Shown here in pieces: positions 19,667 through 30,703 of a stretch of 64,000 nucleotides of DNA. The notes under the pieces are model-generated. The model made no database searches. It saw only the letters and a program-made list of their open reading frames with translations, and was not told the DNA's origin. The stretch is from an uncultured Planctomycetaceae bacterium (GTDB lineage: Bacteria > Planctomycetota > Planctomycetia > Planctomycetales > Planctomycetaceae), in contig CAWFGE010000013.1 in NCBI GenBank assembly GCA_963815195.1, positions 992,001 to 1,056,000 on the forward strand. Reading direction: 5' to 3'. A program made the translations under genes and the position numbers. Each line of letters opens with the position of its first letter. The first letter of the stretch is position 1.

Positions 19667-22600
19667 TCACCTGATCGAAATAAAGTCGTTGTGATTGAGC
19701 AGCGCATGCACCAGCCGCGCTCGGATCCGCGCTTCCCGCTCCGGAGCCTTCTGCTGTTTCAACAAGTCGTCCAACCTGGTGCAGAAGTCCAAACACTCCG
19801 CACGCTCGGCGTCGTCCGGCGATCGAGCCAAGAGGGTTTCAAAGGCGAGGTTGATAAACGTCTTGCGGTCGGGCGGGGCGTTTTGTTTGACAATTTCCGC
19901 CGCGATCGCCGCCGACATTTGAATGGCGAGTCCGCTATTGGACAGAGCCAAGGCCTGCTGCGGGACGATGCTTTCGCTCCGGCGGTAGCATTGCAGGTGG
20001 TCCGCATCGTCGAACATCGACAGGAACTTGTCCTCCTGGTCGCGGGAATGTTTGAAGTACAGACTTCGGCGGTTACCCTGCCCCGGTTCGAGCGAAGGCC
20101 CGCCGAGTTTGCGGTCAAGCCGGCCCGCGAGCGTGAGCAAGCTGTCCCGCACGGCCTGGGCTTCCATCCGCCGGGCGTTCATCCGCCAATAAAAATGATT
20201 GTTGGGGTCGGCCGCCAAGGTCGGGGCGTCGGCCCCGGCGGCCCTGGAACTCAAGCGGTAAGCCTCGGACGTGACGATCAGCCGGTGTAGATGCCGAAAA
20301 CTCCAGCCCGATTCGATAAACTCCGCCGCCAGAAAATCCAAAAGCTCCGCATGCTCCGGCCGATCTGCACGCAGGCCAAAGTCGAACACGGATTCGACCA
20401 GCGGCTCCCCGAAATGCCTCATCCACACATGATTCACCGCCACCCGCGCGACGAGCGGATTCTCCCGCGACACCATCCACTTCGCGAGCGCCAACCGCCG
20501 GCCGGTGCTGGTTTCGGGATAGACGACCGGATAATCGGTCTCCTTATGGGCGGGCGTTTCCAAAGCCTTTTTCGCAGCGCGGAGCGAGGTATATTTCCCC
20601 TCGCCCTTTTTGATCGCCTCCAGCTTTTGGTTCGCCTGTTTCAACTTCGCCTCGGCCGCTTTTCGCTTCCCGGCATCCGCTGCGGCAGCGACGATTTCGT
20701 ATTCGGCTTCCGCTTTCAAAGCCAACGCTTCGCACTCCGCGGCTTTTTTCACGAAAGGATCGAGCGCTTCCGCATCGGCTTTGTCGCGGTACTTCGCATT
20801 GTCCGCGGCGAAACTCGCGCGGAGAGATGCCAGCTTCGCTTCCATCGCCTTTAGCTTCGCCTCGGCGAGTTTGAGTTTCGCTTCCGGATTCGCGGGCTTC
20901 CCAGGGCCGGCGGTTTTGGCTTCGGTGAGTTCGACATCTTCGGGCAGCCCGCGAATCGAAACTGCATCAAACGCCACCGTCGCATCAAAGCCCGACAGAG
21001 CCAACCGGCCGCCCGGTTTGCGGTCGGGCAACTGATAAGCAAACAGAAATTCGCCATTGAGCCACGCATTCACCAGCCGATCCCGCACGGCGAATTTCAG
21101 TTCGTACGTTTCGCCGACTTTGATCGGCTTCGCGACCTGGGCACCCGGCGGGTAAGTTTGTTTTCCGTTTCGCGTGTAAGCCACTTGCACCTTCGGCCCT
21201 TTGTCGTAGGCGGAGGTATAAACAAAGTTCGCGTACTGGTTATCGTCCGTCAGATCGAAGCGAAACGTCACGGACTTATAAGTCGTCCCGCCGGTGGTGG
21301 TGTAGTTGCAGACCAACTCAAAATCCCGCGGGTGCGGCTGTTTCAGGCGGAGCATGTTGACATCCCGCGTCGCCTCGGTTTGCAGGAGTTTGCCGTCTTT
21401 ATATTCCCAGCCCTTCCCGACGAGTTCCCAGACCTCGGGGTTCGGTTGGGAAAAATCATCGCGAATTTGGAACGCCCCGGTCTTTTCCGGCGAGGGCTTC
21501 GGTTCGGGTTTTTCCGCGACGGCTTTCGCGAGTTGCTTTTTCGCGGCGGCGACTTCCTGTTTCGCGGCTTCGATGTTGGCGATTGCCGCTTTAAGGTAAT
21601 CTTCCTCGACATAATCTCGAACGCCGGGGGCGTAAGCTTCCACGGGCAGCGGAACCGGTTCGATGTTCGGAGCGAAGCTGGAGAGGATCGCCGGGACGCC
21701 GGGCTTGATCTCCGTGTCCTTGTCGGGATCCTGCGGGTTGCCTTTGCGGTGCAGGTACGTCTTGATTTCCAGATCATCGTCGAACACGCGGGGCAGGCCG
21801 TCTTTTTCCAAATCGACCACGCCCGGCAGCGGATCGAGCCGAACCTGGTGCGGCTCGAAGATCGCGCGGAAGCGGTAATAGTCCTTCTGCGTTACGGGAT
21901 CGTACTTGTGGTCGTGGCATTTCGCGCAGTTGAGCGTCAGTCCCAAGAAGGCTTTGCTCGTGTGCTCGATCGTGCTGTCCAGCCACGTCGTGCGGTTGAA
22001 CAAATAATAGTTCCGCGCCAGAAATCCCGTGGCGCGAATCACCTCGGGATCGTTGGGGGCCAACTCGTCGCCTGCGAGCATTTCCCGGATCATCCGGTCG
22101 TAGCCCTTGTCGGCATTCAGCGATTCCACGATCCAATCCCGCCAATGCCAAAGGTGCTTTTGGCTGTAGCGGAGTTGGGCCCCGAGTCCGTACCAATCGG
22201 AATACCTCCAGACGTCCATCCAATGCCGGCCCCACCGCTCGCCGTGATGCGGGCTTTTGAGAAGCTCGTCGACGATCTCTTCCCACGGGCGGGAATCTTG
22301 GAGCTGGTCGCGCGTGGGCGGCAGGCCGATCAAATCCAGATACAGCCGCCGAAGTAGAATCGACCGCTCCGCCGGCGGTTGGGTTTTGAGGGAATGCTCG
22401 GCCCGCTTGACCCTCAGAAACCCATCGATGGAATCGGCCGCTGTTGGTTTTTCAATCCGCAGAAACGCCCAATGTTGTTGAGGCGCGACGGGAATCTTTT
22501 CCGCCGGGGCGATCGCGCCCTGATCGATCCAGCGTTTAATAAGAGCGATTTCGTCGGGCTTGAGCGCGGTGCCTTCGCCCGCGGGCGGCATGCGTTCGTC

Positions 22601-22873
22601 CGGATTTGTGGAAATCCGCTCCACGATCAAACTTTTTTCGGCATGTTCGGGAACGATGACCGGCCCGCTGGCGCCGCCTTTGAGCATCAAGCTCCGCGTT
22701 TCCAGCCGCAGTTCGGATTCTTGTTTCAAAACGCCGTGGCAGGCGTAGCACTTCTCGGCGAAGAGGGGTTTGATTTGTTTGACGTAATCGATCTGGTCCG
22801 CCGCTGCGAGCGGGCGAACGATCGTCAGCAGCATTCCGCAAACGAGAAACAAAGACAAGAATTCACGAATCAC
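19667..22873 (-). CDS. Planctomycete cytochrome c + DUF1549 (PSCyt2) + DUF1553 (PSD1) protein
   Basis: [63 protein letters not shown]. Confidence 0.93.
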   Translation of the reverse strand: MIREFLSLFLVCGMLLTIVRPLAAADQIDYVKQIKPLFAEKCYACHGVLKQESELRLETRSLMLKGGASGPVIVPEHAEKSLIVERISTNPDERMPPAGEGTALKPDEIALIKRWIDQGAIAPAEKIPVAPQQHWAFLRIEKPTAADSIDGFLRVKRAEHSLKTQPPAERSILLRRLYLDLIGLPPTRDQLQDSRPWEEIVDELLKSPHHGERWGRHWMDVWRYSDWYGLGAQLRYSQKHLWHWRDWIVESLNADKGYDRMIREMLAGDELAPNDPEVIRATGFLARNYYLFNRTTWLDSTIEHTSKAFLGLTLNCAKCHDHKYDPVTQKDYYRFRAIFEPHQVRLDPLPGVVDLEKDGLPRVFDDDLEIKTYLHRKGNPQDPDKDTEIKPGVPAILSSFAPNIEPVPLPVEAYAPGVRDYVEEDYLKAAIANIEAAKQEVAAAKKQLAKAVAEKPEPKPSPEKTGAFQIRDDFSQPNPEVWELVGKGWEYKDGKLLQTEATRDVNMLRLKQPHPRDFELVCNYTTTGGTTYKSVTFRFDLTDDNQYANFVYTSAYDKGPKVQVAYTRNGKQTYPPGAQVAKPIKVGETYELKFAVRDRLVNAWLNGEFLFAYQLPDRKPGGRLALSGFDATVAFDAVSIRGLPEDVELTEAKTAGPGKPANPEAKLKLAEAKLKAMEAKLASLRASFAADNAKYRDKADAEALDPFVKKAAECEALALKAEAEYEIVAAAADAGKRKAAEAKLKQANQKLEAIKKGEGKYTSLRAAKKALETPAHKETDYPVVYPETSTGRRLALAKWMVSRENPLVARVAVNHVWMRHFGEPLVESVFDFGLRADRPEHAELLDFLAAEFIESGWSFRHLHRLIVTSEAYRLSSRAAGADAPTLAADPNNHFYWRMNARRMEAQAVRDSLLTLAGRLDRKLGGPSLEPGQGNRRSLYFKHSRDQEDKFLSMFDDADHLQCYRRSESIVPQQALALSNSGLAIQMSAAIAAEIVKQNAPPDRKTFINLAFETLLARSPDDAERAECLDFCTRLDDLLKQQKAPEREARIRARLVHALLNHNDFISIR

Positions 22874-23058
22874 GATCGCTGCCTTCCCGAATGGAAAAGG
22901 GCGGGAATGTCATATCAACAACTTTCAATTCTCGCATGCGAAGCGGTTTCGTTCAAGGACGGTCGCGGCGGCGGGGCGGGACGTTTTGGGTCTAATGTTC
23001 TATACTGGGAAACCGGCGGGGCAATTCACTTTTTTCAGAAAATAAACGCGACAGAACG

Positions 23059-23684
23059 ATGTTTTCAGTCAAGGAAATCTATTACACCCTTCAAGGCGAG
23101 GGGGCGAATGCGGGGCGGGCGGCGGTGTTCTGCCGATTCGCCGGCTGCAACTTGTGGTCGGGCGCGAAGAAGACCGCGGTTCGGCCGTGTGCCAATTCTG
23201 CGACACCGATTTCCTCGGCACGGACGGTCCCGGCGGCGGGCGGTTTGAGTCGGCGGAGTCCCTGGCTCAGGCGATCCAAAACACCTGGCCTGGCGGCGGC
23301 CGGCCGTTTGTCGTCTTCACCGGCGGCGAACCGTTGTTGCAATTGGACGCCGAACTCGTCGCAGCCTTGCATGTGCGCGGGTTTGAAGTCGCCGTCGAAA
23401 CCAACGGCACGATTAATACTTCTCTTCCGATCGACTGGATCTGCGTCAGCCCCAAGGCGAACAGCGAGGCCGTGCTCCGCGACGGGCATGAGTTAAAGCT
23501 GGTTTATCCCCAAGCGGGAGCCGAGCCGGAGCAGTTCGGCGATTGGCGGTTCGAGCATTTCTTCCTGCAGCCGATGGACGGCCCCGACCGCGAGCGAAAC
23601 ACACAGCTCGCCACCGAGTATTGTTTGAAACATCCCCAATGGCGGCTGAGCCTGCAAACGCACAAGCTGCTGGGGATTCCTTAA
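23059..23684 (+). CDS. queE: 7-carboxy-7-deazaguanine synthase QueE (Cx14CxxC type); frameshift ~23162
   Basis: KEIYYTLQGEG..AGRAAVFCRFAGCNLWSG(REEDR)GSAVCQFCDTDF, TGGEPLLQ, ETNG, WRLSLQTHK. Confidence 0.9.
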
Positions 23685-23743
23685 TCATCGATGTTATGTA
23701 TCCTGGGAATTGTCATTCCAACCCCAAACGAAGGGATCTTAAG

Positions 23744-25120
23744 ATGCGACATCTGCAGTGGCTTTCTGTGTTCGCGTTGATGAGCGGGTTCGCGATCGGT
23801 GAAGCGGCGGCGGCCGAGGACAATGCCGGTTGGAAAGCCGCGGCGGGTGCGGTGGTCATCACGCCGGATTCGTCGATGTGGATGGCCGGTTATGCCGCGC
23901 GGACCAAACCCTCGGAAGGCGCGGCTCAGGATTTGTTCGCCAAGGTGCTGGTTTTGGAGGATGCCCAAAAAAACCGGCTGGCGATGGTGACGCTGGATCT
24001 CATCGGCGTGCCGGGGGGCTTTCGCGAGGATGTGGTCGCGGCTTGCCGGGAGAAGTTCGGGCTCCCGCCGGAATCGATTTTGCTCAACGCCTCGCATACG
24101 CATTGCGGGCCGGAATTGCGGGTGTTCAAGATTCGGCACTACGGCATCGATGCCTCCCGCGAAGCCCAGGCGATCGAATACACCCGCGGCCTCCAACAGA
24201 AAGTCGTCGGGCTCATCGGCCGGACGCTTGCCAAACTGGAGCCGGCCCGCTTGGAATACTCGCACGCCCGCGCGGGCTTCGCCATGAACCGCCGGCTGCC
24301 CACGGAGCGGGGCGTCATCAACAGCCCGCATCCCGACGGCCCGGTCGATCAGGATGTGCCCGTGCTCAAAGTTCTGGGATTAAAGGGCGAACTGCGGGCG
24401 GTGCTGTTCGGTTATGCCTGCCATAACACCACGCTGTCGTTCAACCAGTTCTGCGGCGACTACGCCGGCTATGCCCAGGAGTATCTCGAACAGGCCCATC
24501 CCGGCACGACGTGTTTGTTTCTGATGGGCTGCGGCGGCGATCAGAATCCTTATCCCCGCCGAACTCTGGACCTCGCGAAACAGCACGGCCGGGCCCTCGC
24601 CAATGCCGTCGAAACCGCTTTGGAAGCCCGGCAGCCGCGTCCGATCCACGGCCCTTTGAAGCTTGCCGTCGAGGATGTGACGCTGGAGTTCCAAACGCCG
24701 TCGGCAAAGGACATCGAAGAGCAGGCCGGCTCGAACAACCAATACCAGCGCCGGCACGGCGAGCGGCTCCTCGCGGAGCAAAAAGAAAACGGCCGGATTC
24801 AAACGAAGTTCGACTTCCCCGTGCAGGCGGTGCAGTTCGGCGATGATCTCACGCTGATCGCGCTCCCGGGCGAAGCGGTCGTCGATTATTCTCTGCGGCT
24901 GAAGCGGGAACTCGCGGGCGATTCGCCGGTGTGGGTCGCGGGCTACTCGAACCACGTCTTCGGCTATCTGCCCAGCCTGCGGGTGCTCAAAGAAGGCGGC
25001 TACGAAGGCGGCGGCGCGATGATCTACTCCGCCTACCCCGGCCCGTTCACCGAAACCGTCGAACAGCGAATGATCGACAAAGTCCAAAAGCTCGCCGGGC
25101 AGGTGAGCAAGGGTCGCTAA
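23744..25120 (+). CDS. Exported neutral/alkaline ceramidase-like hydrolase
   Basis: Signal peptide; WMAGYAAR, ASHTHCGP, YACHNT, GCGGDQNP, GYLPS..VL.EGGYEG. Confidence 0.8.
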   Translation: MRHLQWLSVFALMSGFAIGEAAAAEDNAGWKAAAGAVVITPDSSMWMAGYAARTKPSEGAAQDLFAKVLVLEDAQKNRLAMVTLDLIGVPGGFREDVVAACREKFGLPPESILLNASHTHCGPELRVFKIRHYGIDASREAQAIEYTRGLQQKVVGLIGRTLAKLEPARLEYSHARAGFAMNRRLPTERGVINSPHPDGPVDQDVPVLKVLGLKGELRAVLFGYACHNTTLSFNQFCGDYAGYAQEYLEQAHPGTTCLFLMGCGGDQNPYPRRTLDLAKQHGRALANAVETALEARQPRPIHGPLKLAVEDVTLEFQTPSAKDIEEQAGSNNQYQRRHGERLLAEQKENGRIQTKFDFPVQAVQFGDDLTLIALPGEAVVDYSLRLKRELAGDSPVWVAGYSNHVFGYLPSLRVLKEGGYEGGGAMIYSAYPGPFTETVEQRMIDKVQKLAGQVSKGR

Positions 25121-25441
25121 ATCCGAAGCACGAAATCCGAAGTCCGAAACAAATCCAAAATCCGAATGTTTCAAAACAATGGCTCTTCCGGCGAATCGGG
25201 GGCGGGACGGACGCTGATGATCTTTTTGTATGATGATCAACCACGGATTTCACCTCCCCAAGGGGAGGTGAAAGAGCGCGGACAAGAAATTCTTTAACAC
25301 CGTCGCCGTTCCCCCTGATTATCCGGAAGAACCCAAACAATCTCCCGATTCGTAGAACAGAGCCGACCCGCGAGGTTTTGGACATTGGTACTTCGGACAT
25401 TCGAATTTGTTTCGGATTTCGAGATTCGGATTTCGGATTTT
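25119..25441. repeat. Inverted pair of degenerate AAATCCG heptamer arrays enclosing a perfect 12-bp hairpin
   Basis: 25119-25177 (AAATCCG AAGCACG AAATCCG AAGTCCG AAAC...) is inverse-homologous to 25375-25441; hairpin TTTCACCTCCCC-AA-GGGGAGGTGAAA at 25248-25273. Confidence 0.8.
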
Positions 25442-25479
25442 CCGGCCCGCAATCGCGTGCATATTGATTTTAGATTCGG

Positions 25480-26496
25480 ATGGATTTCTTGAAAGAGAAT
25501 GCTCAAACCTCGGCCACCGTGGGGACCGATCTCAAGCTCGCCGCCGATTTGATCCGGGGCGGGGAACTGGTCGCGTTTCCGACGGAGACGGTGTATGGAT
25601 TGGGAGCCAATGCGCTCGACCCGGTCGCGGTGGCGAAGATCTTTGAGGCCAAAGACCGGCCGCATTTTGATCCTCTGATCGTGCATGTGGGACGTGCTGC
25701 GGATTTGGAAACGCTGGTCGCCGAGATCCCCGACGTTGCGAAAGAACTGGCGGCTCGGTTCTGGCCGGGGCCTTTGACGATGGTGCTGCCGAAGACTTCG
25801 CGGGTTCCCGATCTGGTGACGGCGGGACTGGGGACCGTGGCGGTGCGGGTTCCCGATCATCCGGTAGCGCAAGCCTTGATCCGCGAAGCCGGCGTACCCA
25901 TCGCGGCTCCGAGCGCCAACCGCTTCGGCCGGCTCAGCCCCACGCGGGCGGAGCATGTGCTCGATCAACTCGGCGAAAGGATCGCCTACATCTACGACGG
26001 CGGCCCCTGCCGGGTCGGGGTGGAATCCACCGTGATCGATCTGACCAAAAGCCCGCCGCGCTTATTACGGCCCGGCGGCGTGACGCTCGAAGATTTGAAA
26101 GTGGCGATCGGCGACATTCAATATCCTGGCGCGGCGGTGGACGGCACCCGCGAAACTCCCGCGGCTCCGGGAATGCTCGCGAAACATTACGCCCCGCGGA
26201 CGCGGATTGTCCTCGTCGATTCGTTGGACGAATTGCCGATGGACCGGCAGCGTTGTGCCTTGTTGATGTTCACGCCGATTTTGGAAGCGAACGGCTTCCG
26301 CGCGGTGGAATGTCTCTCGCCGACGGGCGATTTGCGCCAGGCGGCCGCGAATTTTTTCGCGGCGATCCGCCGGTTGGACGACAGCGGGGCGGGTTTGATC
26401 ATTGCGCTGCCGTTCCCGAACGAAGGTTTGGGACTCGCCCTCAACGACCGCCTCCGCCGGGCCGCAAATCGTCCCGAAGAGCCGCGCACGAAGTAA
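25480..26496 (+). CDS. sua5: L-threonylcarbamoyladenylate synthase, Sua5 type
   Basis: VAFPTETVYGLGA, K.RP..DPLIVH, FWPGPLT, AAPSANRFG, GVESTVID, PGMLAKHYAP and SUA5 C-domain. Confidence 0.93.
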   Translation: MDFLKENAQTSATVGTDLKLAADLIRGGELVAFPTETVYGLGANALDPVAVAKIFEAKDRPHFDPLIVHVGRAADLETLVAEIPDVAKELAARFWPGPLTMVLPKTSRVPDLVTAGLGTVAVRVPDHPVAQALIREAGVPIAAPSANRFGRLSPTRAEHVLDQLGERIAYIYDGGPCRVGVESTVIDLTKSPPRLLRPGGVTLEDLKVAIGDIQYPGAAVDGTRETPAAPGMLAKHYAPRTRIVLVDSLDELPMDRQRCALLMFTPILEANGFRAVECLSPTGDLRQAAANFFAAIRRLDDSGAGLIIALPFPNEGLGLALNDRLRRAANRPEEPRTK

Positions 26497-26817
26497 CCGG
26501 TCAGTCGAATCCGCTGACTTCGTGGCGGCTCTTTGCAAAGGTCAGAATCCGCTGACTTCGTGCGCGGCTCTTTGCAAAGGAACTCAAACGGTAAGTCGAA
26601 ATTGGAGGGGGGTGGCTGGGCGCAAAGAGATGGTCCAAGGAAAAAAGGGGATTTAGAGCTGGGGCCGTGTGAGATTTTTCTCGCCCGACATAGCCCCAGC
26701 ATTCGCAATTCAAGTCCTATTCAAAGGGGGATTGGCACCCAGCCACCCAAACGCTTACAGTTTGCCAATGGAAAGGTAAGCGGTCATTCGAATCCGCTGA
26801 TTTCGTGCGGCTCTTTG
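26477..26817. repeat. REP-like cluster (AAGAGCCGCGCACGAAGT family): one forward and three reverse copies surrounding a MITE-like element
   Basis: Forward copy 26477-26494; GAATCCGCTGAYTTCGTG(C)GCGGCTCTTTG at 26507-26541, 26545-26580 and 26790-26817. Confidence 0.85.
26586..26763 (+). mobile_element. ~170-bp MITE-like element, copy 1
   Basis: Colinear with the reverse complement of 35649-35817; ends AAACGGTAAG...CTTACAGTTT; non-coding. Confidence 0.7.
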
Positions 26818-28763
26818 AGTTTTGTATGCGGCGTTCTTCGCGCATTTCAAACAGGAACCGCGACGGATTTGACGCGCGGCGTTTGCCCCATTTGGTGCGG
26901 GCGGCGGCTCGGCTGAGCGTGAGATGATCCATCGCCCGCGTGATGCCCACATAGGCCAACCGGCGTTCCTCCGCGATGGCGGCATCGCCCGCGTCCAAGG
27001 ATCGCTGGTGCGGCAGGAGTCCCTCTTCCATGCCGATCATGTAGACGTGCGGAAACTCCAATCCCTTCGCGCTGTGGAGCGTCATCAAGCGAATGCCCTT
27101 TTCTTTGGACACATCGTCGTTCTTACGATCGTCGTCCTGCCCCGTGAGCGCGGAGTCCTCCAGAAAGCCCAAGAGGGTCGGCTCGGTTTCGCGCTCGGCA
27201 TATTCGCGAATGGCATCGACGCATTGCTCGACCATCGCCGAGCGGATGAGCTGCTGCTGCGGCTCTTTGTATTGCTTTTCGATCTCGCTTTCGTAATCGA
27301 TTTCCTCGATCAAGTCCGCGAAGATCCGGGCCATGTGTTTGGGCTGCTCGTTAAAACGTCCACGATAGCGGTCCAATAGTTGCCGAAACGCATCGAGGGC
27401 CTGAGCCGCTTTGGCGGAGACGTCCCCCGCCGCCGTGGAGTGGGGGATCGTTTCCCAGAGGCTCTTGCGATCATTGACGGCCCGCTTGAGCAGCTTTTCC
27501 GTGGTCGTCGCGCCGATGCCCCGCGCGGGGACGTTGATGATTCGCAGCAGGGAAATCTCATCCTGCGGCTGCGCGATGACTTTGAGATACGCGAGCAGGT
27601 CGCGGATCTCCCGCCGATCGAAAAACGACTGCCCGCCCAGAAGCACATAGGGCACGCGCTTGCGGCGGAGTTCCGATTCGAACACCCGCGGCTGCTCGTT
27701 GGTGCGGTACAAAATCGCGATCTGCTCCGGCGGGACGCTGTGCTTTTGGATCAGCTCGGCGATCTCGCCCACGATGCCTTGGGCTTCGAGCGTTTCATCA
27801 TCGAACACAAAACAGCGAACGTCGCTTTTGGCTCGTTTGTGCGGCCGGAGAACTTTATCGTGCCGGGCCAGGTTATGCTTCACCAGGCGGTTCGCGTATT
27901 CCAAAATGCGGTCGGTGCAGCGGTAGTTGTCTTCCAACCGGACGACCTTGGCCCCGGCGAAGTGGGCTTGGAAATTCAGGATGTGCTCGACCTCCGCCCC
28001 CGCCAACCGTAGATGGACTGGTCGTCATCGCCGACCACGCACAAATTTTGGTGCGGCCGGACCAAAGCTTCCACGAGCGTGAACTGGGCGGCATTGGTGT
28101 CCTGGTACTCGTCGATCTGCACATGATCGAACCGCGCTTGCTGCCGGTCCAAGACTTCGGGCGCTCCTCGAAAAGCTCCTGCGTCAGCGACAACAGATCG
28201 TCAAAATCCACGGCCCCGGAAGCCCTCAGGTTCGCTTGATATTTTCGGTAGGCGACGGCGGCGAGGAAATCCGTATCGGTGTCGGTGTAGTCCTTGGCCT
28301 GGTCCGGAGAGACGCCGGCCATCTTCCAGCGGCTGATGCGGTTGATCAAATCGCCGGGCCGAAGCGCGGTTTCGCCGATGCGGACATCCCGCAGGGCGGT
28401 GCGGGCGGCGGATTCCTGATCGCCGCGGTCGTAAATCACGAAGTTCGGTGGATAGCCGAGCTGCGAGATTTCCTGCCGGAGAATCTTCACGCACAGCGAA
28501 TGAAAGGTGGAGATCATCGGCTTTTGTTTGAGCCGGCGTCCCAGGAGGGCCCGCGTGCGTTCCTGCATTTCGCGGGCGGCTTTGTTGGTGAAGGTGACGG
28601 AGAGGATGCGATCCGGGGCGATGCCGTTCCGGATCAGCTCTGCCATGCGGTAGGTGATCACGCGCGTCTTTCCGGTGCCGGCCCCGGCCAGGACCAGAAG
28701 CGGCCCGGAGAGCGTCAAAACGGCTTCGCGCTGCGGCGGATTGAGTTCAGCCAAATGCTGCAT
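26717..28763 (-). CDS. UvrD/Rep/PcrA family ATP-dependent DNA helicase; frameshifts ~28160 and ~28000
   Basis: [29 protein letters not shown] and VGDDDQSIY (alternate frame), [29 protein letters not shown]. Confidence 0.92.
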
Positions 28764-28785
28764 GGGGGATGCGAAGCCAGGGACA

Positions 28786-29685
28786 TCAAGTGGGAGTCGT
28801 GCGGGGGGAGCCGGGGTTCAGGCGGTCGTAGGCGGAGTTTAGCACATCGAGCATTTTGGTCATGCTTTGCCAGCGGTCGTCGGGGCGCGTGGCCAGTCCC
28901 CGCATGATGATGTCGGCAACCTCGTCATCGATGCCTTGGGCATGGCCGCGAATGTCCTCGGGCGGCTGATTGACCCGCTGCATCACCGCGTCCGACGCCG
29001 CACTCTCCCACGGAAACCGCCGCGTCCACATTTCGTAGCAGGTGACGGAGAAGGAATAGATATCGATCCGCTGATCGGTGGGCTGGCGGCGGACGAGTTC
29101 GGGGGCCATGTAGTTCGCCGTGCCCGTGCGGTTGCCGGGCTTGCGAAAGTCCGGCGTGTTCGGGACCACCAGGCCGAAGTCGATCAGCTTGATCTGGTTT
29201 TCGTCCTTGGAGACCAACACGTTCCGCGGGCAGATGTCGCGGTGGATCCAGTTCTGCCGATGAAAATAATTCACCCCTTCGCCGAGTTCGATCATCAGCC
29301 GGAGCCGGTGCTTTTGCATGGTGTCGTTCTGCGTGTCGACCAGATAGCTAAGGCTCACCCCATCGACGAATTCCATCACGAGAAACTGCTCGCGGTCCAT
29401 CGTGTGGCCGTGCTCGTAGGTTTGCACGATGTGCGGATGGTGCAACTGCACCGCGATTTCGCCTTCGGTGGGCTTATTGAGGCCTTTGAAACGTTCTTCG
29501 AGCTTTTGGGTTTTTCCCTTGTCGAGGACTTTGAGGGCCACCGTGCGGCCGGTGTTGGTGTCGGTGGCCCGCCAGACTTTCGACATGCTGCCCTGTCCCA
29601 CGCGGTTGTGGAGCAGAAACCGCTTGGTGATGTCGGCGCGTTTGATGCGAGGCTTGCCGCTGAACAGGTTTTTCAAGAAGTTCAT
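28786..29685 (-). CDS. Stand-alone Hanks-type protein kinase (catalytic domain only)
   Basis: VGQGSMSKVW, VALKVL, HRDICPRN, IDFG, GTANYMAPE; no TM or sensor domain; start at ATG 29685. Confidence 0.9.
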   Translation of the reverse strand: MNFLKNLFSGKPRIKRADITKRFLLHNRVGQGSMSKVWRATDTNTGRTVALKVLDKGKTQKLEERFKGLNKPTEGEIAVQLHHPHIVQTYEHGHTMDREQFLVMEFVDGVSLSYLVDTQNDTMQKHRLRLMIELGEGVNYFHRQNWIHRDICPRNVLVSKDENQIKLIDFGLVVPNTPDFRKPGNRTGTANYMAPELVRRQPTDQRIDIYSFSVTCYEMWTRRFPWESAASDAVMQRVNQPPEDIRGHAQGIDDEVADIIMRGLATRPDDRWQSMTKMLDVLNSAYDRLNPGSPRTTPT

Positions 29686-29848
29686 CCGAATGGTCCTGCG
29701 AGCGAAAATCACCGCCTGTGCCCAGGAGGCGATGATTGGAAAGACGGGATAGTGAGGTCGGTCCATTCCATTGTAAATGACGGAAAACTTTTCGCCAGCG
29801 CGTGGCTCTCCGCCCTTGGCTCTCCCTTCTCCCCGCTTGGCTCCCGGC

Positions 29849-30703
29849 CTACTGTCCGCAGTAGTCGATGATCCGCGCCAATTCGCTGCGGAGATGAGCC
29901 CGGTGGACGATGCGGTCCACAAAACCGTGGGCCATCAGGAATTCGCTCCGCTGAAAGCCCGGCGGCAGCTCGATCTTGACCGTGGCTTCCACGACCCGCG
30001 GGCCGGCGAACCCGACGAGGGCTTTGGGCTCGGCGATGATGACGTCGCCCAGCGACGCGAAGCTCGCGGCCACGCCGCCCATCGTGGGGTTGGTCAACAC
30101 GGAAATGAACAGCCCGCCGCCCTCGTGAAACCGCGCGAGGGCCGCGGAGACTTTGCCCATTTGCATGAGCGACAAAATGCCCTCGTGCATCCGCGCCCCG
30201 CCGCCGGAGCCGCTGACGATCACCAGAGGCAGCTTGCGTTTGGTGGCGTTTTCGATGGCCCGCGTGAGCTTTTCACCCACGACCGAACCCATGCTGCCCA
30301 TGATGAAGGCCGAGTCCGTCGTGCCGAAGACGAGCGGACGCCCCCGCAGGTAGCCCCGCCCGACGATGCAGGCTTCGCGAAGCCCCGTTTTTGTCTGCTC
30401 CGCCTTGAGGCGGTCTTTGTAGGGCTTTTTGTCGGCGAACTCCAAGGGGTCGGCCGGAGCGAGATCCGCGAACCATTCCTCGAAGCTGTCTTCGTCCAAG
30501 AGCTGGGCGATCCGCGTCGGGGACGAGACGTAAAAGTGATGATCGCATTCCGGGCACACGCCGAGGTTCCGTTCGACGTGTTTGCGGACGACCGTGGCTT
30601 CGCAGCCGTCGCAGCGGATCCACAGCCCTTCGGGCACGCCGCGCTTCGCCGGCCTCGCGGAACCGGCCGCCGATTCCTGATTCGATTGCGGCACCGTGCT
30701 CAT
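29849..30703 (-). CDS. accD: Acetyl-CoA carboxylase carboxyltransferase beta subunit
   Basis: GLWIRCDGC...VCPECDHH zinc finger, [43 protein letters not shown]. Confidence 0.95.
   Translation of the reverse strand: MSTVPQSNQESAAGSARPAKRGVPEGLWIRCDGCEATVVRKHVERNLGVCPECDHHFYVSSPTRIAQLLDEDSFEEWFADLAPADPLEFADKKPYKDRLKAEQTKTGLREACIVGRGYLRGRPLVFGTTDSAFIMGSMGSVVGEKLTRAIENATKRKLPLVIVSGSGGGARMHEGILSLMQMGKVSAALARFHEGGGLFISVLTNPTMGGVAASFASLGDVIIAEPKALVGFAGPRVVEATVKIELPPGFQRSEFLMAHGFVDRIVHRAHLRSELARIIDYCGQ

Noticed and set aside
22930..23058. preQ1 riboswitch upstream of queE
   Set aside because: An A-rich stretch is present but there is no convincing P1 stem with the conserved loop
26507..26817. CRISPR-like ~35-bp direct repeats
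   Set aside because: Two copies are nearly adjacent, the third is 210 bp away, and an inverted copy exists; this fits a REP cluster
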